A DNA stretch of 64,000 nucleotides from a virus. The notes below the pieces were generated by a model that saw only the letters and a list, made by a program, of their open reading frames with translations, made no database searches and was not told the DNA's origin. The translations under genes were made by a program, and so were the position numbers. The number at the start of each line of letters is the position of its first letter. The stretch's first letter is position 1. Below, in pieces: positions 29,112 to 38,400 of the stretch. Location: positions 32,001 through 96,000 of IMG/VR virus record IMGVR_UViG_3300020048_000029. One strand, 5' to 3'.

Positions 29112-30436
29112 TGGAATTGCAAGATCACCAAAAGGAAGCTATAAAGAGACTTGATGGTGGAATGATCTATTACCATGGTCTCGGAACAGGTAAGACCTTT
29201 ACGTCTATTGCGGCGACAGGCAAGTACGACAAAGTGAATGTTGTAACTCCTGCATCTCTTCGAGAGAACTACAAAAAAGAGATCGTAAAAGCCGGTGTAA
29301 AAGCTGAAAACTACAATGTCGGGTCATACGACCAGGCGCAGAAAAAAGCTCCTCCAACAGCCGACGCGATCATAGTTGATGAGGTTCACAGAATTTCTGA
29401 GCCTTCAAGCAAAAGATCGAGAGCGATACTTGACATAGCAAAATCGCACAAAACAAGAATCGGTCTTACAGCGACTCCAATCGTGAACAGGCCATCAGAC
29501 CTCGCCCCGCTTGCCCACTTCGTTGACCCGAACTCCGACATCCCAATGTCAAGAAAAGAGTTTGACAAGCGGTACATTGGGACGCACAAGCCTAATGTTG
29601 TTGCAAAGCTATTTGGAGCGAGAGACTCTAATTTTGTAAGCAACAAAAAGGAGTTGAAGAAGGCGTTCAAAGGAAGAATGCACTACGTTCCAGGTGGAGA
29701 GAAAGACTTTCCTGAAGTGAAGACTGAGTATGTTGATGTTAGAATGACAAAGCCTCAAGAGCGTCTTTACAAGACACTTGCTCACACGGCAAACCCGTTG
29801 GTAGCATTCAAAGTAAGGCACATGATCCCTCTGTCTTCACAAGAGCTCAAGACTGCAAACTCTTTCATGTCTGCAACAAGACAGGCATCGAATGACCCTC
29901 AGAAATTCGGGAATCATGGAGAAGGGTCGAAAGTCAAAAGAGCTGTAAGAGACATGGTTGAAGCGAGTAAAAAGGATCCTAACTACAAAGGTCTTGTCTA
30001 CTCGAATTACATCAAAAGTGGTACGTCTCTCATGACTAAAGAGCTTGATGCAAATGGGATTCCGTATCGAATATTCAACGGATCTCTCGGAGATGAAGTT
30101 CGTAAAAAGGCTGTTGCTGACTACAATAGCGGAGCCGCTAAAGCCTTGTTGATTTCATCTGCCGGAGCAGAAGGACTTGACTTGAAAGGCACCAAGATGG
30201 TTCAGGTTCTTGAGCCTCACTGGAACAATAACCGTATCAGACAGGTTATCGGAAGAGCTGCTCGATACAAGTCTCACGATGCTCTCCCGGAAAAAGAGCG
30301 TAAAGTTGTTGTAAGAAGATACCAAAGCACACTCCGTAGAGGTGCAAGTGCTGATGTATATTTGAACGACATGGCGAAGAAAAAAGACGAGCTTAATGAT
30401 AAGTTCCTCGAAGTTTTGAAAGAGGTTGGCAAATGA
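29111..30436 (+). CDS. SNF2-family (SF2) helicase/ATPase
   Basis: HGLGTGKT, DEVH, TATP, EGLDL and QVIGRAAR motifs. Confidence 0.88.
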   Translation: MELQDHQKEAIKRLDGGMIYYHGLGTGKTFTSIAATGKYDKVNVVTPASLRENYKKEIVKAGVKAENYNVGSYDQAQKKAPPTADAIIVDEVHRISEPSSKRSRAILDIAKSHKTRIGLTATPIVNRPSDLAPLAHFVDPNSDIPMSRKEFDKRYIGTHKPNVVAKLFGARDSNFVSNKKELKKAFKGRMHYVPGGEKDFPEVKTEYVDVRMTKPQERLYKTLAHTANPLVAFKVRHMIPLSSQELKTANSFMSATRQASNDPQKFGNHGEGSKVKRAVRDMVEASKKDPNYKGLVYSNYIKSGTSLMTKELDANGIPYRIFNGSLGDEVRKKAVADYNSGAAKALLISSAGAEGLDLKGTKMVQVLEPHWNNNRIRQVIGRAARYKSHDALPEKERKVVVRRYQSTLRRGASADVYLNDMAKKKDELNDKFLEVLKEVGK

Positions 30437-30903
30437 GTAAGGCGTCTGAATATATTCTCCAAAAGATTGCCGAAGACAGGGAGTACACTTACAGAGGTGA
30501 GATTGTAAGAAGTGTTCCATTTGTTGGCGCTGGAGTCGCAGGAGGAGCTGTTGCTGAGTGGGCAAAGACTCATGTTCCAGTTAAAGCTGTTGGAAGAAAA
30601 GCAGTTCTTGGAGCTGCTGCTGCCATCGGAGGTTACGGTGTGTCAAATGCGGTTGTAGGTGGAAAATTCGACAACAACACAATTCCAGTTGCAATAGGCC
30701 TCGGTACCGGAGCTATAGGAAACGGAGTTTATGAAGCTGTAAATATGAAGCAGTATGTCAAGAAGCACCCGCTTATTTTGCCTAAAAACGTACCAGTCAA
30801 TAATTATCACAAGGGGATAGCTGGTGCGACATCAGCTCTTCTTGGAGGCCTTGCGTCAGTTGCAGTAATGAAAGGAATTAAAAAAGATGAACGAGAATCT
30901 TGA
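30433..30903 (+). CDS. Gly-rich putative virion protein with N-terminal LQKIAE motif
   Basis: MSKASEYILQKIAE followed by several GxxxG hydrophobic segments. Confidence 0.6.
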   Translation: MSKASEYILQKIAEDREYTYRGEIVRSVPFVGAGVAGGAVAEWAKTHVPVKAVGRKAVLGAAAAIGGYGVSNAVVGGKFDNNTIPVAIGLGTGAIGNGVYEAVNMKQYVKKHPLILPKNVPVNNYHKGIAGATSALLGGLASVAVMKGIKKDERES

Positions 30904-31531
30904 AAACACGATCGCTTTAACAGGCGCTGGAGCACTTGGGTACGGAGCGTACAAAACCGATGGCTTTAAAAATGTCAGAGACAGAGCGTCTGTGTTGATG
31001 AACAACATGGCTAATACCGTTGAATCAAACCAACTGTTCAAGAGCAGACAAGCCGCAATAGCAGCGCAAGAACTCAAAAGAGCATCTGCTCAAAAGATTG
31101 CGTCAAGAGCAATTGCTGCGGCGTCTATCCTTGGCACAATAGGAGCCGGCAACAGTCTCTACAGAAGTGTTGCAGCAACCAAAGACACTGTAGCTGCCAA
31201 CAAGTCGAACATCAATAATATCTTCAGTAATGTGTCGTCTGCAACTGGAGCCGTCAAGGATATGGCTGCAAACGCAGGTGCTGGGTCAAGGAAGATTTTT
31301 GACAACCTTGTGTCAGCAAGTGACGCTGTAGTTGAAGCGGCTAAAGATACAAAAACCGGAGTTGGCAGCATTGTTGACAATGCTATCGGAGCGTCTAAAA
31401 ATGTTGCTGACACGACTGGAAGTGTCGCTTCAGGCGCCAAAAGCGTAGCAGGAGTCATGTCCAAAGGCTCAAGCCTTGCCGGAATTGTTAAAATGGTAAA
31501 CGGGGTCGCAAGACCTATGTTCAGAAAGTAG
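30887..31531 (+). CDS. Ala/Ser-rich helical putative virion protein
   Basis: 214 aa; amphipathic repeats such as NIFSNV..A / KIFDNL..A / SIVDNA. Confidence 0.6.
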   Translation: MNENLENTIALTGAGALGYGAYKTDGFKNVRDRASVLMNNMANTVESNQLFKSRQAAIAAQELKRASAQKIASRAIAAASILGTIGAGNSLYRSVAATKDTVAANKSNINNIFSNVSSATGAVKDMAANAGAGSRKIFDNLVSASDAVVEAAKDTKTGVGSIVDNAIGASKNVADTTGSVASGAKSVAGVMSKGSSLAGIVKMVNGVARPMFRK

Positions 31532-31538
31532 GAATACT

Positions 31539-32078
31539 ATGGAAGCTATGTTTTATGAATCTCTCAAGGATGTCCTGGCGTTTGAAGGAGGGTATTCAAA
31601 CGACCCTAAAGACCCAGGTGGAGAGACGAACCTTGGAATTACAAAAGCTGTTTACGATGCGTACCGTAAAAGCAAAAAGATTGCGGTAAGATCTGTTAAG
31701 TTCATCGATAAAAAAGAGGTTGAAGACATTTACTACAACCTCTACTGGTTGAAAACTGGATGTGACAAGGTGCCTGCAAAATGGGGATACATGATGTTTG
31801 ACACTGCTGTTAACTGCGGAGTGTCAAGATCTGTCAAAATTGCTCAAGAATCACTGGTTCGTCTAGGTGTAAAAACTACTGTTGATGGCAAGATTGGTCC
31901 AAATACGATCAAAAGCATTAACTCTGTAGTTGACGTTGATAACTCATCGGTGAAGACTTATATTAAGGTCAGAAACGAATTTTATGACTCGATTTGCGTT
32001 CGTAATTCGAACCTTCTCAGGTTCATAAAAGGGTGGAAAATCCGTACTAAAAAGATCGAGGACAAACTTTGCAAGTAG
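31539..32078 (+). CDS. Glycoside hydrolase family 108 lysozyme with peptidoglycan-binding C-terminus
   Basis: EGGYSNDPKDPGGETNLGIT, FDTAVNCG, VDGKIGPNT and FIKGW motifs. Confidence 0.9.
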   Translation: MEAMFYESLKDVLAFEGGYSNDPKDPGGETNLGITKAVYDAYRKSKKIAVRSVKFIDKKEVEDIYYNLYWLKTGCDKVPAKWGYMMFDTAVNCGVSRSVKIAQESLVRLGVKTTVDGKIGPNTIKSINSVVDVDNSSVKTYIKVRNEFYDSICVRNSNLLRFIKGWKIRTKKIEDKLCK

Positions 32079-33364
32079 TTCATACAATAGTTCCTTCTAT
32101 ATGCTTTGGGAAGATCGTTAAAATTGTTGACAGTGCTACTGTTGACGTCAATCTTTCTACAACACCAGTAGGCGGAATTATTGGGAACACGAGAATGCAA
32201 TTTCTCCAAGATAACAAGTACCGTGTAGGGGATGCTGTTGCTGCCCTATGCGGTTTTCTTTTTGATGCGACAAGAGGCAGATATGTTGATATCGACACTG
32301 CCTACAAGATGATGGTGATCGGTCACCGTACAGGATCCGTCCTCGATGGAGACGACTTCAAAGACGGTAACGCTCTCACAAAAGATCGGTACGATGAAGA
32401 CAACGTCTCCTACACGAACAGAAGGAATGGGGCAGGAACTATTGTCTATGACAGTGGAAAGGTAAGAACTGCAACTTCTGATGTCGTCTTCTCAGACATG
32501 ATCCCTGGCGGGATGAAGTCTTACCAGAACTACAAGTTTGACCATGCTCAAAACTACCATAAGGTCGTCGCTTGTGACGCTCCTCTGATAGCAACAAGGG
32601 AGCACTTCGGGTTTGACGGCAGTAATTTCGTCTATAGAAGATTTGTGTCAACAGATCTGAAAATGACAAAGTACACCGCGGTATGCGAAGGAGCATTTGC
32701 ACCTTTCGTAGGAGGCAATGGCGACTCAGACACTCTTCCGAAACCTGCAAGAGACACGATTTATTACAGAACTGTTCAAAGCGGATTGAACAGAGTCACT
32801 ATCGATATTGGTAAAGACTATGTGATCAGAACTGACAAGGTTATCACAGATGAGATGTGCCCGGGTGGGTTTGCAACGCCAGCAGTCGTCGGAAACATCT
32901 CAATGATATCAATGGGTGCCGACGGGTCATTCTCAATCAAGGCTGATGCCGCTGGGACTCCAGGAGTAGCTCTTCATAAGATGGTGATCGATTACGATCC
33001 TACTAATGGATTGAGTGTCATGTGTGGTGGGAAGATTACACTTGCCCACGGAACCGGATCTGAGTCTATCAACTCGATAGTAATCGATCCGAATGCAGGA
33101 GTCGATGTTACTGCAATGAACGGGTTCAGGGTTAATGGGAAAGCAGTTGTGACAGAGGATTTCCTTGCATGGCTCGATACCAATAAGACAAACCTTTGCA
33201 TGGTAACACAGATCGGTGGACCTGCACCAATATTCCCATCAGCGCTTGCAACACTTGCTATTGGGGCAGAGTCTCCACAGATAGCAGGTGGATTCACAAC
33301 TATGAACGCCGGCGCTCCTGCGATCGGGATAAATACAACGCCAGATGTTTACGCTACGGCATAA
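32069..33364 (+). CDS. Putative baseplate hub/spike-type structural protein
   Basis: Beta-rich 431 aa with an OB-like start, next to the lysozyme; assignment by context only. Confidence 0.35.
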   Translation: MQVVHTIVPSICFGKIVKIVDSATVDVNLSTTPVGGIIGNTRMQFLQDNKYRVGDAVAALCGFLFDATRGRYVDIDTAYKMMVIGHRTGSVLDGDDFKDGNALTKDRYDEDNVSYTNRRNGAGTIVYDSGKVRTATSDVVFSDMIPGGMKSYQNYKFDHAQNYHKVVACDAPLIATREHFGFDGSNFVYRRFVSTDLKMTKYTAVCEGAFAPFVGGNGDSDTLPKPARDTIYYRTVQSGLNRVTIDIGKDYVIRTDKVITDEMCPGGFATPAVVGNISMISMGADGSFSIKADAAGTPGVALHKMVIDYDPTNGLSVMCGGKITLAHGTGSESINSIVIDPNAGVDVTAMNGFRVNGKAVVTEDFLAWLDTNKTNLCMVTQIGGPAPIFPSALATLAIGAESPQIAGGFTTMNAGAPAIGINTTPDVYATA

Positions 33365-33375
33365 AAGGAGATTTT

Positions 33376-34221
33376 GTGAGTTTTGTAAAAGAAGCAGCTA
33401 ACAGATTAATGAAAGAGTTTTGGAAGCTTAAGCCTGAGACAAGAGCCAGTCTGCACGAAATTCCAGGCATGTTCAGACCAATGGAAAGATATTCCGAAGG
33501 GTTTATAACTAGAGCTTACAAGAATGCTAAAAAACACAATATCCCTATAGAAGTAAGCAAAAAAGGCGAAGGAAGTCATCTTAATACAAACCTAAAAAAA
33601 GATGGGACTCTTGACTTAAAATCAACTAAAATGATTTTGGAGCCAGCAAAAACATCGCAAAGTAATGATGTATTAAACGCAGCTGCTGGTGCAGCACATG
33701 AGTCTGATGAGCTGAGCGCAATTATGAAGCTTGATGGTAAAATTTATAATCCACCAACCGTAAAAATGCAGGTTCCAGAAGGGTACATTCCTCTTTCAAA
33801 AAAAATTGAGGTAAATGAAAAAGCTATATCAATGGTTGAATCTGCAAGAAATAGAATCAAAAAAATTCCTGTTGTTAATAAGCTTGATAAATTTATGGGT
33901 GCAGTTTCAGGAAGAATTAAAGATAAGAATGACGAAGTAAAAAAAATCAGTTTAAAAATTTTGTCAGACGGAATGTCAACATCTTCACATGCAAACTTCG
34001 GAATTCTTGGTAAAGAGTCGAACTTGCAGGCTAGAACTCCATACAAACTTTCTAATGGAGACTTTAGAATGGGTTCTGGAGAAGCTGAAATGGTAAAATC
34101 AATTACAGGAGCTAGATACGGAATTGACTACATAAAGCCTAAAGATATGAAAAAGTTGATAAACAGAAAAGAGCACTTTCAAGTAGAGTTGAATAAAACA
34201 TTCTGGGATAACTGGAGTTAA
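33376..34221 (+). CDS. Hypothetical protein, apparent paralog of 45605..46582
   Basis: GTG start after AAGGAG; starts FVKEAA; HESDE...SH...E motif. Confidence 0.6.
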   Translation: MSFVKEAANRLMKEFWKLKPETRASLHEIPGMFRPMERYSEGFITRAYKNAKKHNIPIEVSKKGEGSHLNTNLKKDGTLDLKSTKMILEPAKTSQSNDVLNAAAGAAHESDELSAIMKLDGKIYNPPTVKMQVPEGYIPLSKKIEVNEKAISMVESARNRIKKIPVVNKLDKFMGAVSGRIKDKNDEVKKISLKILSDGMSTSSHANFGILGKESNLQARTPYKLSNGDFRMGSGEAEMVKSITGARYGIDYIKPKDMKKLINRKEHFQVELNKTFWDNWS

Positions 34222-34224
34222 CAA

Positions 34225-34494
34225 ATGGCAGTTCAATCATACGTTGAAAGCATGCTTAAGCCTATCCTGGTTGCCAAAGCGTCCGCTGCATCCGCTAAGA
34301 CAAGTGCAACTGCAATGGACGGAATTGACGACCTTGCAGAGGCGATCGCATACGGTGTAACCATGGCTCTAACTGATCCGGGCTTACACGCTTCAATATC
34401 TTCTGTAGTCGTTACTCCGCTCGGTGGTCCAGTTGGAACACTTTTAAGTGCGGCCATTATGGGTCAATCAACAGCCGTTCCTCCAACCCCGTGA
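34225..34494 (+). CDS. Small hydrophobic structural protein (paralog of the next gene)
   Basis: LAEAIAYGV...LHASI...LSAAIMG. Confidence 0.6.
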   Translation: MAVQSYVESMLKPILVAKASAASAKTSATAMDGIDDLAEAIAYGVTMALTDPGLHASISSVVVTPLGGPVGTLLSAAIMGQSTAVPPTP

Positions 34495-34503
34495 TATATT
34501 TTT

Positions 34504-34755
34504 ATGATTAAAGAAGCAGTAAAAGCATTTCTTGTCCAGTACACAACGGCGCACGCCGGTGATGCACTTGACTCGAGTGACATGATATCTAAAGCTGTTG
34601 CGTATGCAATGGCGCTTGCCTTGTCGAATGTCTCAATGCATTCACAGATGGCATCAATAATTGTGCCTCCTCCAGTGCCTCCCGCGACTGGTACAGTGGG
34701 TCTTCCTACTTTCGGGGTTCAACTTTCAGCAATAATTATGGGGAGCGCTAAATGA
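34504..34755 (+). CDS. Small hydrophobic structural protein (paralog of the previous gene)
   Basis: ISKAVAYAM...MHSQM...LSAIIMG. Confidence 0.6.
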   Translation: MIKEAVKAFLVQYTTAHAGDALDSSDMISKAVAYAMALALSNVSMHSQMASIIVPPPVPPATGTVGLPTFGVQLSAIIMGSAK

Positions 34756-36632
34756 AAAGTGTTATCGCAAAGCCGGTCTTCGAGAAGATCGCAGGAATCA
34801 AAGTGTCAAAGAACTCCGCAGAGTGGAAGGAAGCTATCATTAAGAGCTTCATTGAAACTGTCGGAGAGAAGCTTCCTCAAAACGTGTCTTATGACGCGGT
34901 TGTTGACAATAATGACGAAAACCAAGGCTTCGCAGCTGGAAGTATCGTTGTTTGGAACGGGAACAAGAAAATAAACTTCCCTGTGATCATCAGAGATTAC
35001 GAGCTGTGCCCATTCGACACGTTCATAATCAGAAGCAATGGTAAGACTGTTTACAGCCATGCAAACAAGGACAGCATTGCAAAAGCTCTCATGACTCAAG
35101 AACTCTTCGGAGAGTACAAGAAGGAAGACCTTTCAAACAAGTTCATAAAACTGCCAGGCGGAATGCCAATGGCAAATGCCGTAATGGTTGAAAAACTTGC
35201 GAGCGAGCTGACTCCTGAAGTTCTTTCGAATTTCGCTGTGAACAGTGGATCGGCTATCAACACTTTCGTCAACAGCAATCTCTCGCTTTATGAGACTCAG
35301 AAAGCTCCTGTTGTAATGGCGAATCAGATGTCAACAATGTTTGAATCTGAGATCCTTGATCCAAATGAACTCACCCCAATCCCGATCGGGTTCCCTGGAG
35401 AAGTTCGAATCAAGACTTACCCGACACTCGAGGATTTCTCTGGAGACCCAACAAACGGCGTGATAGCTAAAAAAATTGGGAAGTCTTCAATTGGTCTTTC
35501 TGTTATTGCAAAGAGACTCCCTTCAGACAGAGATAGAGATTACAACGAGGTTCAATACTCTTTCATCTCTGTTGACGGTTTCTACTCTGGAATGATGTGG
35601 GATGGTGAAGGAATGCCTTTCGGTACCACTATGAGCAAAGAAGTTATCCCAACGATAATGGAAGCTCTTAAAAAGTACGAAATAACATCTTACGGCTACA
35701 ACCAGTACAGCAGTTACAAGCGATCAAGAGATGGTTACTCTTCTTCAGAATACCAGTGCGACAGAGACGATGACATTGTGATCGTAACAAGCAGTGGAGA
35801 GATCTATAAAAATCACATGCACAAACTTAAGACCATTCACTCTGGAAATGATAAGATTTTCATTTTGAATGAAAGTATTGCGTTCATCCCTGCTGACACT
35901 GAAAGCATTATTCGAATCGAAGGTGTGAAGGACGCAACTTTGAAATCTCTTATTGGTAACATGAAGAGTACTTATGTCTACCCAAGAAATTCACTGTTTC
36001 TTAAAATGTATCAGAAGAATGATTTCATAACTCCTTCAACTGATATCAAGCGCGATCTCATAAATCTTGAGCGTATCAAAGTCGAAGTGTCAATTGGAGA
36101 CTCCGGCCTCTCAATCAAAGGGTACAGCGCAAAAGAGATCAACAATTTAATGGGCGGCGTTTACACTGTTGAAAGCATGAAGAATGCGATCAAGATGCTT
36201 GGGTTCAGCGAAGCTAATTACAAAAAGATCGCTTCAGAGCTTATTTCAAAAGGGTCATGTACAGTCTATGGAGCATGCCCACCTGACTTTAGCAAGGTTG
36301 CATCTGAGTTTAACAATGTTGATGAAATTGACGAAGCTCTCGGAACGCTTGCGAAATTTGTTGAGAGAAACCTCATCAAAGAAGCGAGTGAGATCCAGGA
36401 TCCTAGATCGGTCGAAGCTGTCTTAAGCCTCAACACTGTCAACAAGGATACTGTTCTCAATGTTGTCGAGAATATCGACCTCTACAAAGAGACGGCTGAT
36501 AAAATTGCAGAGATGCTTGTAATGTCTCGCATGGGGATGACAACAGTAAATGAAGACGCGCTCAAACGTGTCATGGAGAATCTTACAGATGTCATAAATG
36601 GCGTCGAAAAGGTTAAATCGATTATTGGCTAA
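34752..36632 (+). CDS. Putative head/virion protein with multiple K-x-A motifs
   Basis: 626 aa; FEKIAG, VEKLAS, KKIAS, FSKVAS, LIKEAS. Confidence 0.6.
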   Translation: MKSVIAKPVFEKIAGIKVSKNSAEWKEAIIKSFIETVGEKLPQNVSYDAVVDNNDENQGFAAGSIVVWNGNKKINFPVIIRDYELCPFDTFIIRSNGKTVYSHANKDSIAKALMTQELFGEYKKEDLSNKFIKLPGGMPMANAVMVEKLASELTPEVLSNFAVNSGSAINTFVNSNLSLYETQKAPVVMANQMSTMFESEILDPNELTPIPIGFPGEVRIKTYPTLEDFSGDPTNGVIAKKIGKSSIGLSVIAKRLPSDRDRDYNEVQYSFISVDGFYSGMMWDGEGMPFGTTMSKEVIPTIMEALKKYEITSYGYNQYSSYKRSRDGYSSSEYQCDRDDDIVIVTSSGEIYKNHMHKLKTIHSGNDKIFILNESIAFIPADTESIIRIEGVKDATLKSLIGNMKSTYVYPRNSLFLKMYQKNDFITPSTDIKRDLINLERIKVEVSIGDSGLSIKGYSAKEINNLMGGVYTVESMKNAIKMLGFSEANYKKIASELISKGSCTVYGACPPDFSKVASEFNNVDEIDEALGTLAKFVERNLIKEASEIQDPRSVEAVLSLNTVNKDTVLNVVENIDLYKETADKIAEMLVMSRMGMTTVNEDALKRVMENLTDVINGVEKVKSIIG

Positions 36633-36637
36633 AAAAA

Positions 36638-36656
36638 GGGGAAGTTAATCTTCCCC
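36638..36656. terminator. Hairpin at the convergence of plus and minus genes (probably bidirectional terminator)
   Basis: A7-GGGGAAG-TTAAT-CTTCCCC-GATTTT. Confidence 0.65.
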
Positions 36657-37262
36657 GATTTTAAGCAGTCTTCCGAGGCGGGCTTTTATAAGTCCGCCTC
36701 TTTCAGATCTAACACTATCAATTTCGAATATCGCATATACCCCTTTACCTTTCCCAGCTTGAATCTTGACTATCTTCGGATCCCTCATCCATCGCTTAGA
36801 CCAATACGCCTTGTCAGCAGTAGCTACAGAGCCTTCAAGCCCACACACCGCAGACTTGACGAAGCGTTTATTGGCAGGGATTATTATCTTGTAAGTGTTT
36901 TCTATGTAGCAGTCTATGAGCCCTGCAACATCGTTAAGCCTACCATCAACTTGAAAACGGCCTGAAATTAACCGAGTCCTTCCCCCGACGTGTACAATCC
37001 TGAACCATTTGAAATTGCGATTGCTGCTCATTATATCGCTTGTTACCGCAAAATTGTCCCACCCGCCATGCTGAATCATATTCCTAACGGAATCACTTGC
37101 CGGAATGAAGAATTCCCCCAAAATATTATTGGAGAAGCTCTCAAAAATATTTCTGGCAGACCTAGGAGTTGAAGCGTATACTTGGGTCGCATACGCAACA
37201 GCATCAGCAGCATCTCTCCAGTTATGATTCAAAAGTGTACCCGTCACTTCTGATGTAATCAT
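36645..37262 (-). CDS. Hypothetical protein
   Basis: About 200-aa ORF ending at the convergent hairpin. Confidence 0.6.
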   Translation of the reverse strand: MITSEVTGTLLNHNWRDAADAVAYATQVYASTPRSARNIFESFSNNILGEFFIPASDSVRNMIQHGGWDNFAVTSDIMSSNRNFKWFRIVHVGGRTRLISGRFQVDGRLNDVAGLIDCYIENTYKIIIPANKRFVKSAVCGLEGSVATADKAYWSKRWMRDPKIVKIQAGKGKGVYAIFEIDSVRSERGGLIKARLGRLLKIGED

Positions 37263-37590
37263 CTGTGTGCTTGTCTCTCATGAGAGCATACACACTTACT
37301 GAAGATCCAGAGAACCATTTAAACTCTGTACCAACAAACGCAGGGCAGAACGTCTCGGAGAAGTCATCTTCGCTTATTGGGCCATCTTCGCCGCACATCT
37401 CCCAAAGCTTGTCTTTTACAATTATTGAATCGACATTGCCAAGTATCTCTGCGTGCTTCATAATATCAACAGCGCGGTTTCTTATCACACTTTCATCAAA
37501 CCTGAACTCATAGTGGTCAGGAAGATCGTGATACTCGTTACTTGAAAACCCTGGTCTAATCTCCATTTTCAATCCACCCTTCAATTGCAT
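37222..37590 (-). CDS. Hypothetical protein
   Basis: About 115-122-aa acidic ORF in the operon. Confidence 0.6.
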   Translation of the reverse strand: MQLKGGLKMEIRPGFSSNEYHDLPDHYEFRFDESVIRNRAVDIMKHAEILGNVDSIIVKDKLWEMCGEDGPISEDDFSETFCPAFVGTEFKWFSGSSVSVYALMRDKHTDDYIRSDGYTFES

Positions 37591-37816
37591 CTTTTGTCAC
37601 TTCCCAGTTCAAAATCATTCCAGTGTCGATATCGACAGTCAGCCTGAGATCGTCTCCGCCTCCACCTGGTAGGAATGATGGCAGATACCCATCTCTTTCA
37701 AACAGCGTCTTCCCGCTGCTGTCCTTCAGCTCGATCACATTCATGTCTCTCGAGTGAGACGTTATTTCCATCGTCTTTACGTTCAGCATTTCCGGTACGT
37801 TCATTTGAACCATCAT
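37556..37816 (-). CDS. Hypothetical phage protein
   Basis: DGYLPSFLPGGGGDDLRLTVDIDTGMILNW; AAGGA RBS. Confidence 0.65.
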   Translation of the reverse strand: MMVQMNVPEMLNVKTMEITSHSRDMNVIELKDSSGKTLFERDGYLPSFLPGGGGDDLRLTVDIDTGMILNWEVTKDAIEGWIENGD

Positions 37817-37895
37817 TCCAGTTTATCCTTTGGTGATTGTTTCTAAAATCAGAAGCAGATCCTCTTGGTCTGCTAGTCTTTCCATTCCAAGTCAT

Positions 37896-38081
37896 TTACA
37901 CCTCCTCCAGCTTCTTCAGATGCTCCCGTACTTTGGCATAATCATCTTCAGCCTCCTTCCTGAGCACTTGGATGCTCCCTTCTTTTTTTCTCAAAATTCT
38001 CTCGATAGCTCTGTGAGCTTCTTTTCCTGAAATGAGACCGATCTCTTTAAGAGCGTAAACTCTTCTTGTTTCTTCAAACAT
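37896..38081 (-). CDS. Hypothetical small helical protein
   Basis: 61 aa, GAGGTG RBS. Confidence 0.6.
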   Translation of the reverse strand: MFEETRRVYALKEIGLISGKEAHRAIERILRKKEGSIQVLRKEAEDDYAKVREHLKKLEEV

Positions 38082-38093
38082 TGAACACCTCGT

Positions 38094-38126
38094 AAAAAAA
38101 TAAAAGCCCGGTTTTTACACCGGGCT
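38094..38126 (-). terminator. Intrinsic terminator closing the RT transcription unit
   Basis: Minus strand AGCCCGG-TGTAAAAA-CCGGGCT followed by TTTATTTTTTT. Confidence 0.8.
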
Positions 38127-38130
38127 AATT

Positions 38131-38213
38131 CTGCAAACATACCTGGCGTGGCCAGGGCAGTAACTCTCCAATTCGAAACGAATTGGTTACGCTTGTTGAG
38201 CGCTTCTTTGCAG
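38131..38213 (-). ncRNA. Candidate structured RNA (closing stem plus three hairpins) associated with the RT
   Basis: CTGCAAA/TTTGCAG closing stem enclosing GCT/AGC, GTAA-CCAATTCG/CGAATTGG-TTAC and CCTGGC/GCCAGG hairpins; fills almost the whole intergenic gap. Confidence 0.5.
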
Positions 38214-38217
38214 TAGA

Positions 38218-38400
38218 CTACTTCTTCTTCGCGCCTCGGTACTTGCGTAAAATTCTCTCGTCCTCTTTTGCTTTCCATTTCTCGTGGATTTTGTCGAACA
38301 GGTCGATTGCACCAGAGATCATGTCGGCAACCATAGGAATAATTTCAAGAGAGTTTGTCGCGACCTTGCGAAAACCATCCATAGTCGGCTTCTTCGGCAT
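38218..38400 (-). CDS. 60-aa basic/amphipathic peptide overlapping the RT 3' end
   Basis: GGAGG RBS inside the RT gene; MPKKPTMDGFRK...YRGAKKK. Confidence 0.65.
   Translation of the reverse strand: MPKKPTMDGFRKVATNSLEIIPMVADMISGAIDLFDKIHEKWKAKEDERILRKYRGAKKK

Noticed and set aside
21098-30436. Eukaryotic giant virus or cellular origin, suggested by RNAP, SNF2 and MCM
   Set aside because: Shine-Dalgarno sites, intrinsic terminators, a GH108 lysozyme, terminase, sheath and tube genes all indicate a tailed bacteriophage.
34752-36632. Portal protein call for the 626-aa ORF
   Set aside because: The size fits but I recognise no portal motifs; no portal could be identified in this window.
38131-38213. 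tRNA gene (cloverleaf-like, contains TTCGAA)
   Set aside because: Arm lengths and order do not fit D, anticodon and T arms; there is no 7-nt anticodon loop or CCA end, and TTCGAA sits in the middle hairpin.
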